A stretch of 63,964 nt of DNA, filler included, from Octopus bimaculoides (Eukaryota), in NCBI RefSeq assembly GCF_001194135.2. It is 8 parts of 6 records of this genome, joined end to end, with 100 filler letters (N's around TTAATTAATTAA, not from the genome) between each part and the next. Parts side by side here need not be neighbours in the genome. Positions count along the whole stretch, not along the records: positions 50,614 to 56,874 come from NC_068982.1; positions 56,975 to 62,191 come from NC_068989.1; positions 62,292 to 63,964 come from NC_068993.1; 5 more parts are not named here. One strand, 5' to 3'. Both the position numbers and the translations under genes were made by a program. Shown here piece after piece: positions 51,661 to 63,964 of this stretch; within the stretch, counting starts at the first letter, position 1, and the number at the start of each line of letters is the position of its first letter. Below the pieces are notes generated by a model. The model made no database searches. It had not been told where the DNA came from and was given only the letters and a program-made list of their open reading frames with translations.

Positions 51661-52145
51661 GGGTCAAGCGCTGAACTGAGTGGTTGAGAAACGGACTTCT
51701 TAGCCACACAACCTTGGTTCTGTACCCACACACCAAACCAGTAAAAGATAAAATTGAATTTCTGTTAAGAATTATCATTGCAATTCATAGGCCAATTCAT
51801 CTTACTGAAGTGATTCCATTGACACAAGATCAGTGTAGTGACCAATTGTTTTAAGATGGTAGACTTCTGCATATAAAACATGAGTTGGGAAAATGTGTTA
51901 AAAATACGATATTGAACAGACTTTCTCTAGTTTTAAAGGCACATAATCGTTGACATTGCATGGAAATAATATTTGTTTGTTCGTTAGGTTATTTTATACA
52001 TACATTACTATCAACAATTAATGTATATACAATTTTGAGGACATTAGATTTCTCTGATTATCTTACTCGTACATTTTTTGCAGAAGTCATAAACTCTAAA
52101 TGTTTTTTAGAACAAGTTTAAATACATACTATTAATGAGCATTAA

Positions 52146-52365
52146 TAAGGATGCAAACTGACAGAATCGTTAACGCACTGGACAAAAAGAACTTAGCAGT
52201 TTTTATCCTGGCTCTTTACTTTCTGAGTTCAAATTCGACGGAGGTCAATCTAGCCTGCCATTCTTTTGCGGATCGATAAAGAAAGTGCTAGTTGAGCACC
52301 GGGGCCAGTATAATTGACTTCCTATTCCACAAAGATTGCTGGTCTAGTGCCGAAATTTGAAGCCT
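52146..52365 (+). mobile_element. Family-B SINE
   Basis: Homology to the 13173 copy. Confidence 0.75.
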
Positions 52366-52889
52366 TTATTCGAATTAAATAATTTAAAGTTAAGACAATT
52401 TATTAAAGGAGGTTTAAGAATAACAACAGAACATTAAGTGATGGTGTGGCTGGGGTTCAATTCCGAGAGTAGAGTCAAATATATTATGAATTAGTTGTGA
52501 AGGGGTCTTTAAATTTCGCCTGAATGCTTGCTTAATTAATTGATTAATTTACATGTGCTATGATTGGTTACGCAGTTATTATGGTCCAAAAACATAGGAC
52601 ATATTTCCATGGTGTTCATGCATCATATTATTATTATACACATTCCCAGCTTTTTTTTTCTTTTCAATCACTAAAATAACTTGGGACTTATGGAAAGAAA
52701 GTTTTATATTACACGGAACGTATGAAACAAGGACTAACTAAAACTCAGGAAGTAAGTACGGACGTTTAGGACAAACTTATGAAAATGCTTTGGATATGCA
52801 AAGGGTTTAGCTATTTGTGTCATGATTGAATATACAATTATGATCCATAAACATGTTTGACTGTGTGTTTGTATTTGTGCATGCCACCC

Positions 52890-53018
<129 letters not shown>

Positions 53019-53569
53019 ATGTGTGTGTGTGTGTGATAGGAGTATATCTCGCTATGGTGTACCAAATTCATTGACTGAGAGACGATATTAGGAATAGACT
53101 GCAACTGTTTTCAAAACTATTTTTATGTGTAAGTGTTGCATACACCGTAGATGATATCCACTGCAATGGAACAATCATAGTTGCTGGTAACAGCTCAATT
53201 AAAAACAGCGACAATGTTGAGCTAACGTGGAAGCTTCAACGTGTTCACTCAACCCGCTAGAAATAGCAACCAGCGCGTTAAAAAACAGAAAGACGCATTG
53301 GAGAATGAAGTGATTCTAGACGGGATGCTCCTCGCTGGAATGTCTTTGACGATCGATGGGCTCCGTCACAACAAATACGGAATTAAATAGTAACGAAAAC
53401 AACTTCAATGAGCCAAACTAAGGAACCGGATGCCTTTCTGTGTGGTTGCTCTGCCGGCCAGAAATAACAGTTACATTTCCAAGTCACAACCACTGCAGTG
53501 GTGCACAAAATATATGGTGCGACACTCTGGCGCTTCACAAAGGATGTATGCAAGTGCGTAAAGGTGCAT

Positions 53570-53880
53570 GGCTTAGTGGTTACGTTATTCGGCTCACAAT
53601 TGTAAAGCCATGAGTTCGATTGTCGGCGACACGTTTTGTCCTTGAGCAATACACTTATTCCACGTTGCTCCAGTCCACTCAGCAGGGAAATATGAGTAGC
53701 ACCTGTATTTTAAAGGGCCAACCATGTCACATTCTGTGTCACCCTGAATCTCCCTGAGAACTACATTAAGGATATGTGTGTCTGTGGAGTGCTCAGCCAC
53801 ATGCATGTTAATTTCACGAGTAGGCTGTTCTGTTGATTGGAACAACTGGAACCTTCGTCGTTGTAAGCGACTGAATACCG
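53570..53880 (+). mobile_element. tRNA-derived SINE, family C
   Basis: GGCTTAGTGGTT A-box-like and GAGTTCGATT B-box-like, then TCCTTGAGCAA core-like domain. Confidence 0.8.
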
Positions 53881-54039
53881 GTTTTATGCAGGTGCCTTGA
53901 AGTTTCTTTTTTTAAATACACAATATTCAATTTCGGAACGCTCATACTAATTACCTGAGCATCTACAAAAACGTACCATTTATAATTTTATTGTTTTACA
54001 CACATAAAGATATTTTTTTCATTTCTTTCTTTATATTTT

Positions 54040-54615
54040 GGTATCAGGTAAGCAAATTTAATGGAAAGAGGTAGTAGGTTACATCAGTCCCAGTACTTGA
54101 CTGGTATTTTATTTTATCGACCCCCAAAAGATGAAAGGCAACGTTGAGCTCGGCAGAATTTGAACTCAAAACGTAAGGAACGTTAAGAAAGGCCTCTAGG
54201 TATTTTTGTACGAGGATCTAACGACTCTACTATACATTCTCTTAACTTAGCAGTTCGGCAAAAGACACCGTTAGAACAAGTACCAGGCTTTAAAAAATAA
54301 ATACTGAACCTTTCAAGACTGTGCACCAGCATGGCCGCAGTCCAATGACTGAAACAAGTAAAAAATGAAATCTTCCAAATTTACTTTTAAAATTCTATTC
54401 TTTTCTACTCTAGGTACAAGGCCCGAAATTTTTAGGGAGGAGGCCCAGTCGATTAGATCGACCTCAGTACGCAACTGGTACTTAATTTATCGACCCCGAA
54501 AAGATAAAAGCCAAAGTCGACCTCGCTAGAATTTGAACCCAGAACCTAAAGACGGACTACATACCGCCAAACATTTTACCCCGCGTTTGCTAACGATTCT
54601 GCTAACTCACTGCCT
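54040..54615 (-). mobile_element. SINE cluster: two family-B copies (~54040-54240, ~54400-54615) around a family-A tail fragment
   Basis: Homology to the 13173 copy; TGACTGAAACAAGTAAAA tail near 54345. Confidence 0.75.
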
Positions 54616-54858
54616 GCAATCCACGAATACACACGTGTAATTAATAAATGAAGGTAAAGAATAAATTTCTCTGTTTTGTCTAAGTTTTTAACCTTGTAAC
54701 ACATGCATATTAAAACTTTACTTTTGAAGTTCGCCGACAATCACTTTTTTCGTTTGTTTTTGTATTTATTTAATCTCCTGTATTGTCATAATGTCAGAAA
54801 GTTTTAGAACCATTGTCTTCCTTGTCTTAGAAACGGGAGGACGCATTGGACAATGAAG

Positions 54859-54892
<34 letters not shown>

Positions 54893-54898
54893 ACACAA

Positions 54899-54937
<39 letters not shown>

Positions 54938-55204
54938 ATATATATATATATTATACGTATTTATGTTGTTATGTTTATGCATGTATGTATGTATGTATGT
55001 ATGTATGTATAAATAGATAGATAGATAGATAGATATTCGTTTAGTGTTGACTCAATACCATTGTAGTGAGTAATGATGTTTTATTTTGGTGGAGTCAGTC
55101 TCTTGCTACTCCGAGTTAATCCTGTTGGTACACAGGGTTTTCTTGCCTGAAAACCCTGTACATTCCTCTGACTCGACCAAAATAATGCATATCAGCCTAC
55201 CTTT

Positions 55205-55410
55205 ATTTCTACTATAGGCATAAGGACCGGAATTTTCTGGGAAAGGGGCAAGCCGATTAGATCGACCTCATTATTCAACTGGTACTTAATTTATCGACTC
55301 CGAAAAGATTAAAGGCAAAGTAAACTTCGGCGGAATTTGAACTCAGAACATAAAAACAGACGAAATGCTGCTAAGCATTTCGCCCGGCGTGCTAACGATT
55401 CTGCCGGCTC
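55205..55410 (-). mobile_element. Family-B SINE, CpG-intact
   Basis: Homology to the 13173 copy. Confidence 0.85.
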
Positions 55411-55627
55411 AGTCTATCTTCCTACGTACCTACCTACGTACCTACCTACGTACCTACCTACATACATACATACATACATACATACATACATACACGCGCG
55501 CGCGCGTATGTGTGTGTGTGTGTTTGTGTGTATATGCGTGTACATACATGAAGAGGGGATGACCACGGATGGAACGATTTTGATCATAGATCTGTCTGAA
55601 TAGTCAGAGATGAACTGGGGGCTAAGC

Positions 55628-55923
55628 CAGGGGTTTTCAAACTTTTTGACTTGCGGACCCCTTTATATTTCAGGCTTTACCTTAGGGACTCCCTCATAAA
55701 CGCTTATGAAATTTATACATAAATATTTGCTTAAAATAACATATTTTTACATTTATTTATTTAACAGTATTTAACAAATAGGTTTATTGTCAATTAAAAG
55801 ATTTCGATTAAAAAAACATATATAAAATCAAATTGCCCATAAAAAGTATTTGCTGTCCATGGACTCCCTGTCTTGTCCTTGCGTACCCCCTGTGGTCCGC
55901 GGACCACAGTTTGAAAACCCCTG
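55628..55923. mobile_element. hAT (Charlie-type) MITE, 296 bp, young
   Basis: Perfect 16-bp TIR CAGGGGTTTTCAAACT and perfect 8-bp TSD GGCTAAGC (55620-27, 55924-31). Confidence 0.95.
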
Positions 55924-56214
55924 GGCTAAGCAATACCTGCAACTATGTTGCAGTACACCTAGAAACCCATTTTTGAGATAGGAGAAACAGGCAGTTGTGA
56001 TAGTCATGCCTTTCTCAATGACATTAAAATTATTATTTTTTTGTTTTCATGAGGAAGTTAGTATCGGGTGATAAGACAGGTAAAGAGCTACACGGGTGTG
56101 TAATAGTGTAAAGTTAGGGGTCGTGATAAACTAAGAGAGAACCTACCTTACAGGTGCAACACACAGATGAATTGGAGAATGTCACAGGGTGGCCCACGGG
56201 TAAAATTTTACGGT

Positions 56215-56398
56215 CGTTATTGTTGCTGTTGGTGGTGGTGATGTTGTTGATGTTGGTGTTGTTGTTGCAGTTGCTGTAATTATTGGTGACGTTGTTGTAA
56301 ATATTAGTGATGTTGTTATTGTTATTGTGGGCGTTATAAATGTTGTCATTAGTGTAACTACTATGGCTCACATCTGTTGTCGTCGCCGTTATCATCAC

Positions 56399-56433
<35 letters not shown>

Positions 56434-56490
56434 CAGTAGCAGCAGCAGCAGCGGCAGCAGCAACGGCAGCGGCAGCAGCAACGGCAGCAG
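56215..56490. repeat. Imperfect trinucleotide region (TTG, TAG, CAG)
   Basis: Direct inspection. Confidence 0.9.
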
Positions 56491-56814
56491 CAACGGTCGA
56501 TCACATTCCCCTACACTGAGGTGACAGACTCAGACTCCGTCCCTCCCAGCTCCCTACCTCCCCACTCACCCCTTTAACAACAAGAACCGGACAATCATGG
56601 GTGAAGTGTACCGTCTCGGACCATCAACTACTGCGATGGTGGTGGTGGAGGGGAGGAAGGATTTCACCACCACCACTACCACCCCATCAAGCTGGTTCCG
56701 ATAATTGTACCCTACAGGTATTCTTCCCCCACCTGTCTTTCTTTCTGTCTGTCTCTCGCATTCTCTCTTTGTTTTTCTCCCTCTCTCTCTTTCTCTCTCT
56801 CTCTCTATATATAT

Positions 56815-56874
<60 letters not shown>

Positions 56875-56974
56875 NNNNNNNNNNNNNNNNNNNNNNNNNN
56901 NNNNNNNNNNNNNNNNNNTTAATTAATTAANNNNNNNNNNNNNNNNNNNNNNNNNNNNNNNNNNNNNNNNNNNN

Positions 56975-57039
<65 letters not shown>

Positions 57040-57879
57040 AAATACACATACATACGTAAACATGAGAAACCCCTTTAGATGGCGATAACAGCACAATATT
57101 TCCAATCTTAAATATTGCAGAATAGTTCAGTAATTGTAATATTTCAATTGATCAGACTCCAGCTTTATATTGAGTTTACGAATTCAGTAGTCCTACCAAC
57201 AATATTCCAGTGTATTGGGAGGTGAGTGTAGGATTTGAGACGATTGTGACACAGATGTGAAATTTTAATTGACTTTTTATCATCTGCAATGAGCGAAGAA
57301 GTTAAAGGAAGCAACCACTGAAATTGTTCCTAGCAAGAACTGTATAATTTCTTTCAGTCCTTCATGTTTATGATTGATCTTTGCATGACTTTATTTGAAA
57401 TCGAACAGGTTGATTTTCTAGTTTTTTTTTTCTTTTTTCAGATATACAAGTACGCTAATGAATAGTGGATACACCGGATGTACGATTGCGGTTCCATTAT
57501 TGCAACTAGAAAGCTATGAGTTCCATTTTGCATAGGAGAAAGATTGTGTCTTATTAGTGCCAGGAAATTCCTGGTGGTACCGATAGTGACTTTTAGATTG
57601 TGTAACTGACAACACTAGAATGCTTTCCAGATTCAAATGTATTGTGTGTAGTATGTGGGATCTTATCCACATAACCTAGTTTTTCATTAAAATCTTCCTA
57701 TGAAGTACATCAATATAATAATGGCTACGCGAAAGACGATATTGATGTTCGAAAATAAATCAAAGATTCCCCAGAAGATTCTTGCTTATAACCAACCAGT
57801 GTTTGGTTGGAATATTTACAGATATAGAATGTGTCTCCTTTCGTCTTTCTCTATGAGTAATATACATATTTTTTTTGCT

Positions 57880-58300
<421 letters not shown>

Positions 58301-59051
58301 GTGTATGTGCATGTACGACTGCGTATTTGAAAGTGTATGTATGAATGTATATCTTTCAGATTTATGGGGGCGACACAGAGCATCATTGTCGACTCACCAC
58401 GACTGTGAACCAACATTTATTTATTGACTTGTGCTCTGCTAATTTTTGCGTCGTTTTCCTTATGTATACATAAAGTTATAAAGAAATTATGGAAATACAA
58501 ATCAGAAACGAATACCAAAAATAATCTTTTCTATCTCATGTTTATTGCTCAAGTCAATGATATAGCCATTTTTTGTTCTTCCTGTTTCATCGCGTTATAT
58601 TGTATATTGTTTACTCTTTAAGTCTGTACGTAAATGAAAGTTATGCGTGAGCGACGATATGGTTCTGTGTTTGAGAAGCTTAGGTTCCCACCAAGCGATT
58701 TCGAATTCAGTTCCCCTGCGCAGCATCTTGGACAAGTGAATTTGTTAGACGACACCGTGGAAGCGTGTCACACACACACACACACACATACACACACACA
58801 TATATATATATATATATGCGTTAATATTCGTCGGGTAACCGGACTATCATTTGTTTCATGTCGAGAGAAATATCTCTTGCCAAGTATTTAAGTTTGCACC
58901 ACGGTACTTGGGGTGTGTCTGCAACTTGGTAGTAAAAAGTTCAACATTTTTTTCTTATTCTGATATTAGATATATATCTTCCACAATGTAACCTCGTGGA
59001 CATCGGTGCTGATTTTTTCTTCCTCCGTTTTTCCTTTCTTTGAACTTTCCT

Positions 59052-59088
59052 TGTTTCCGACGAAGAGCTCCGCTCGAAACGTCATAGT
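59052..59088 (+). ncRNA. Degenerate hammerhead-like motif, related family (element ~58960-59190)
   Basis: CCGACGA-A-GAGC(tcc)GCTC-GAAACGTC; stem I broken; shares downstream TTCCCGAGCGTC with the 47.8-kb copy. Confidence 0.5.
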
Positions 59089-59455
59089 CTCTCTCTTTCC
59101 TTTCCCGAGCGTCTAGTAACACAATCTGTATCACCTCCTCACGTTGTCTTTTGTTATTGTTTTTTGTCTTTTTCCTCTTTTTGAACCTATATATATATAT
59201 ATACATATATATATANNNNNNNNNNNNNNNNNNNNNNNNNNNNNNNNNNNNNNNNNNNNNNNNNNNNNNNNNNNNNNNNNNNNNNNNNNNNNNNNNNNNN
59301 NNNNNNNNNNNNNNNNNNNNNNNNNNNNNNNNNNNNNNNNNNNNNNNNNNNNNNNNNNNNNNNNNNNNNNNNNNNNNNNNNNNNNNNNNNNNNNNNNNNN
59401 NNNNNNNNNNNNNNNNNNNNNNNNNNNNNNNNNNNNNNNNNNGATCTATAGATAG

Positions 59456-59513
<58 letters not shown>

Positions 59514-60658
59514 TTTAAAGCAAAACTGGAAAAGCAAAACGTTTCGCATCATTTGAAAAAGACATTTAATTTAGATAAAGAATATAGATATGCAGTCTGT
59601 TGCAGTTGCTTCTGGAATAACCAGGCATGTGGATCATGATATTGAGTAAGGATTCCACTCTGCCTTGGGAATCGTTACACCATATTATGAACCACACACC
59701 GGACATCACAAAAGCTCTGGAAGACATGCATACATACATACATACATACATACATACATACATTATCCAATCTATTAGTAGCGCAGCAAGAGATTCTAGA
59801 AAGTCTCCATGTGAGATTCTGTTGTGAATAGATGCAAATATTTGGGTGTATGCAGCGACAGTTCAACCATCGCACCAACTCAACCACATATTCACAAACA
59901 TCGAGGACCAGCTCAAATGCCTTGTTGCTTCGGTAGCAACAGGCTTGAACGCTCTCAAAAACTGAAATTAAAATCAAAGAAAAATCATGTATGCATAAGC
60001 TACCCTCACTTTCACAGCGAATCTCTTGTGTCTTGCGAAATCATGTAACTTACTTCTGACTTGAACCGTTTTATATTTTTTCTTATATATTCATTAAATG
60101 TCCTTCAAAAAAGTCTTCTTTCGTAACCACGTACCTCTCTGTATACAAAGCAATTTCCTTCCCTCGTATGACCAATTGAATATATATTTTATAAGACATC
60201 CTTTCTTTAAAAGTACATCGCCCACATAAGTCTGTCTTGGAAATTTAACAAAATTATTTACATCATCTAAACTACCAACTTCTCTCATAGAAGCATTAAT
60301 CATGTACAAGTTGCATCTAATCGCCAGTGTACACTCCAAGAAGCTTCGTTTCCAAAAGACAGAAGTTTTGCATCTCTAGTTATGTACATATAATATACTA
60401 AAATGAATATTCATAATTTGAAATTGTACTTGTTGATATTTTGCTTGGAATTCTTAATGGTTACAACATACTGATTGCTTGCTTGGCCTTACTTACCTCT
60501 TAATATATTCTTTATGGAAGTAACAATTATTTGATGGGATTCTGTCGAAATAATTATAGTTCTCTCTGACTTCAATCATTTCTCCTTCAGTGAAGCAATC
60601 AAGGCCATTGTTACTCTGGGTTCTCATTGTCTTACGCATACATGTGTGTGTTTCTGTA

Positions 60659-60709
<51 letters not shown>

Positions 60710-62291
60710 CTGTGTGTGTCTGTGTGCCTGTGTACGTATATGTATATATGAATATTATATATTCATATATATAAGCATGCATGAATAAATATATATGCAC
60801 ATATATATTTACATATATATGTATACACATGAATGTATCTACATATATATANNNNNNNNNNNNNNNNNNNNNNNNNNNNNNNNNNNNNNNNNNNNNNNNN
60901 NNNNNNNNNNNNNNNNNNNNNNNNNNNNNNNNNNNNNNNNNNNNNNNNNNNNNNNNNNNNNNNNNNNNNNNNNNNNNNNNNNNNNNNNNNNNNNNNNNNN
61001 NNNNNNNNNNNNNNNNNNNNNNNNNNNNNNNNGTGTGTGTGTGTGTGCGTGTATGTATGTATGTATGTATGTATGTATGTATGTATATATGTATGTATGT
61101 ATGCATGCATGTATGTATGTATGTATGTATGTACGTATGTATGTATGTATGTATGTATGTATGTATCTATGTATCTATCTATGTATGAGAAAACTTATTC
61201 TTTATCATTAGTACTTTCTGGGCATCAAATTCCTTTTTAAATTCCTTTTTAAATTCCTTTTTAAATTTCGTGAAAAACCTTCTCTTTTTCTGGTTTATGA
61301 TGCAATTGTTTTCAGTCTTTTGATTTTGGTTTTCTTTCTTAGTTTTCTTCCTAATCTCTTCTTTTTATAAAGAACTTCATGTTCAAACTGTCCTGGTACA
61401 ATCGTTTTCACATAAAACCGCTTCCAATTAAAAGGAAATTATTTTCCTTAAAGTAAAAGAAATATAAAAGCTTTCGCATATATGACAGTAATTAAGAAAG
61501 CGTTTGATGTCCACAAAGCTGTATTGATGAAGGGTAATTTAATAAAAGTCTTTTGTAGTTTATTGCAAGAATATTTAGTCCTTAATTTTAGGTTCAATTT
61601 ATTTCTCTATACGTATAAGGATCTTAACATATACACGTATATACGAGTGTGTGTGTATGTGTATATTGAAAACATGACTGTGTACGTATATATGCATATC
61701 ATGAAAATAAGTGCATGGATCTCCGTCGGTTTCTATGATGAGCGTGTAATTTTCCGATTGGTTGAATTCCCTTTTCATTGAATAAGCATTGTACAGACTC
61801 ATGCACTACTAATCTAGTCCCTGTGGCACAATGTGGATCAGAGTTGTAGCTTTTATGAGGAGATTACATTATTTTACACCGTTTATTCCTTTGGAATAAA
61901 ACCAATGTTGTCTTCGAAACATATGTCGAAAGTAAAAGAATTTGAATAGCATCTGCGTTCAACTCCATTTATTTACTTATATATATATATATATATATAT
62001 TACAATTAAAAGGGTAAAGGATTATCAATTTATTAATAAATTAATAATTAATAATTTTTACCAAACCCTTCGGTATGTAAGCACCATTATCGGTGTGGAA
62101 CTTATTTAAAAGTTCTTATACCTTTATAAACAAAATTAAGGGATCAGCAAACAGGTTGCTTCACCACATACCGAAGTTCAGAAATAGCAGCNNNNNNNNN
62201 NNNNNNNNNNNNNNNNNNNNNNNNNNNNNNNNNNNTTAATTAATTAANNNNNNNNNNNNNNNNNNNNNNNNNNNNNNNNNNNNNNNNNNNN

Positions 62292-62530
62292 GTGGGGAGG
62301 CTTTGGTCTTGTGCAGCAATTAAACATCCTTCAGTCTCTGCCTTGAGTCCTGAGCTTCTCAACGATTGCTGGGATTTTTCTCTGTCTATTTCTTTTGCAT
62401 TTAGTTTAGCCGAGTATTTACCATGTAGGGCCTTTTCTTGCCATCGTTTTATCATGGTCCGTTGCTGTTCTAGTTTTAATTTGGATTTCATTTGTTTTAT
62501 AGCTTTTGTTGTTTCTTCTTCTTCTTCGTA
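62292..62530 (-). mobile_element. Dong/R4-clade fragment
   Basis: WQEKALHGKY...IDREKS...LKAETEGCLIAAQDQSL; 5' end abuts (TAA)n. Confidence 0.85.
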
Positions 62531-62567
62531 TATTATTATTATTTATTATTATTATTATTATTATTAA

Positions 62568-62603
<36 letters not shown>

Positions 62604-63924
62604 AAAGAAAACATCATTATTATTGTTGTTGTCGCTGTTGCTGCTGTTGTTGTTGCTTTTGTTGTTGCTGTAAGTTAATCAATGAAGGTTCTGATTCTAA
62701 AAATATTTAAGACCTATGAAAATCGATACGACTGAGGTACTTTTAGCAGTAAGGTCTTTAATTTTACTTCGAGAGAATTATACTGAAAGCCCCTTTACAC
62801 TGTGATATCTCATTAAAATGAAAACTGATAAAAGACTGTTTAACAATAAAAAGGGAAAAATATGTTATATAAATATACAAATAAATATATAAATCACAAA
62901 TAGCGTGAAGTTGCTAAGAAAGAGAAAAAATTTAAATGACGTTTGTTCTGAGAAAGGAAGCGTTGGTGTAAGTCAAATTTAAGAAAGGAAGAAAACAATT
63001 ACAATTCTTGCTAGTAGCAATCTTGTGAAGTCAACTATAAAGAAATACTTTACTTAGAAATAGATCGTACAAGTTTGAGTGCACCGACGAAAACAGGCAG
63101 CAAGCAGCAACTACTGAAGAGATAGCGGTGATGACGTTATGAGATGAAAAACAAAGTAAAGGACGAGAGTTGCAGTCACTTCATCATGAGAGAAATTGTG
63201 CAAGTTCTATTTGCGTTCCTAACACATTTGAATACTACCATCTAGAAAGCTATAGCAACGGTGTTTAACAAATTGCTTTTCTTGTTGAAGTTGTTATTTT
63301 TAACATTGCTGGAACAGACCTATGATCAAAATAGTTTCATCTCCAATCATCTGTACTTATTTGTCTACCTTGTCTGGGTTTTTAAAGATGATAGGGCGTC
63401 ATTCAAGGAAGTTTTTCATCAATGTTTCTTGTAACTCATGTGATAACATAGAGACTACACTGTGGTTTTGTATATAATTTATAGATTGTAAAAATAAAAT
63501 CCTTCAAAGGCATTTGTCTAATTTTGTCTACTTCTGGTTGTTACTGTCCTGGGTGGGCTTACGTCAAACCACATCGAACATATCTAGATATACACATGTT
63601 ACAGCTACAATGCGCCTATAACATCAACCCATAAAAATTTCATTTATTATGAAAAGTAATGTGTGCCATTACTAGCTGGTCGAGTTGCCATGTTCAGAGT
63701 GTCGTCAATAGTATGGAGTGTAAAAAGTAAGAATTATACACGAAAATAATTTCGAAAATAATATCGTAGCATTCACTTGAATAAACGGGTATGGTCAGGT
63801 ATGTCCGTAGGTATTTATATGTTTTTACGTTTGTTTGTGTAGATAATTATGTCAGGAGTGGATGGATAGGAGGTTGGTTAATACCCTCTCATGAACACTA
63901 AACTCAGCATTTGTTCAGCCACTC

Positions 63925-63964
<40 letters not shown>

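Noticed and set aside
56114-56500. Low-complexity Ala/Thr/Asn coding exon on the minus strand
   Set aside because: In-frame TGA near 56500 with no acceptor after it; explained by trinucleotide repeats.
59590-59980. Coding-like non-repetitive stretch split by (TACA)n
   Set aside because: No recognizable motif in any frame; multiple stops.

Overview
AT-rich, microsatellite-saturated eukaryotic scaffold, about 8% N. The SINE repertoire, the (CA/TA/TAGA/ATT)n density and the element families point to an octopus (coleoid cephalopod) short-read assembly; this is an inference and the species cannot be fixed. Only one intact protein-coding ORF is supported: an intronless, highly divergent 7-TM rhodopsin-like GPCR (28387-29289, minus) with a 5'UTR splice acceptor. 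The rest is a mobile-element graveyard: two full-length defective mariners of different subfamilies, hAT fragments and a young perfect hAT MITE, piggyBac-, Tigger- and Helentron-type non-autonomous elements, Dong/R4, RTE and Penelope retroelement fragments, and dozens of tRNA-derived SINEs. The most unusual signals are: (1) a 666-bp near-perfect hairpin (307-bp arms, 5 mismatches) with a minimal Penelope-type hammerhead ribozyme motif on each arm in opposite polarity, plus further hammerhead motifs elsewhere; (2) an ~800-bp hydrophobic minus-strand frame interrupted only by TGA; (3) a sharply bounded ~9.4-kb CpG-depleted block. The seven N44-TTAATTAATTAA-N44 blocks are artificial scaffolding spacers. 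Most ORF-track entries are microsatellite or N artefacts. No rRNA, tRNA gene or CRISPR array was found.
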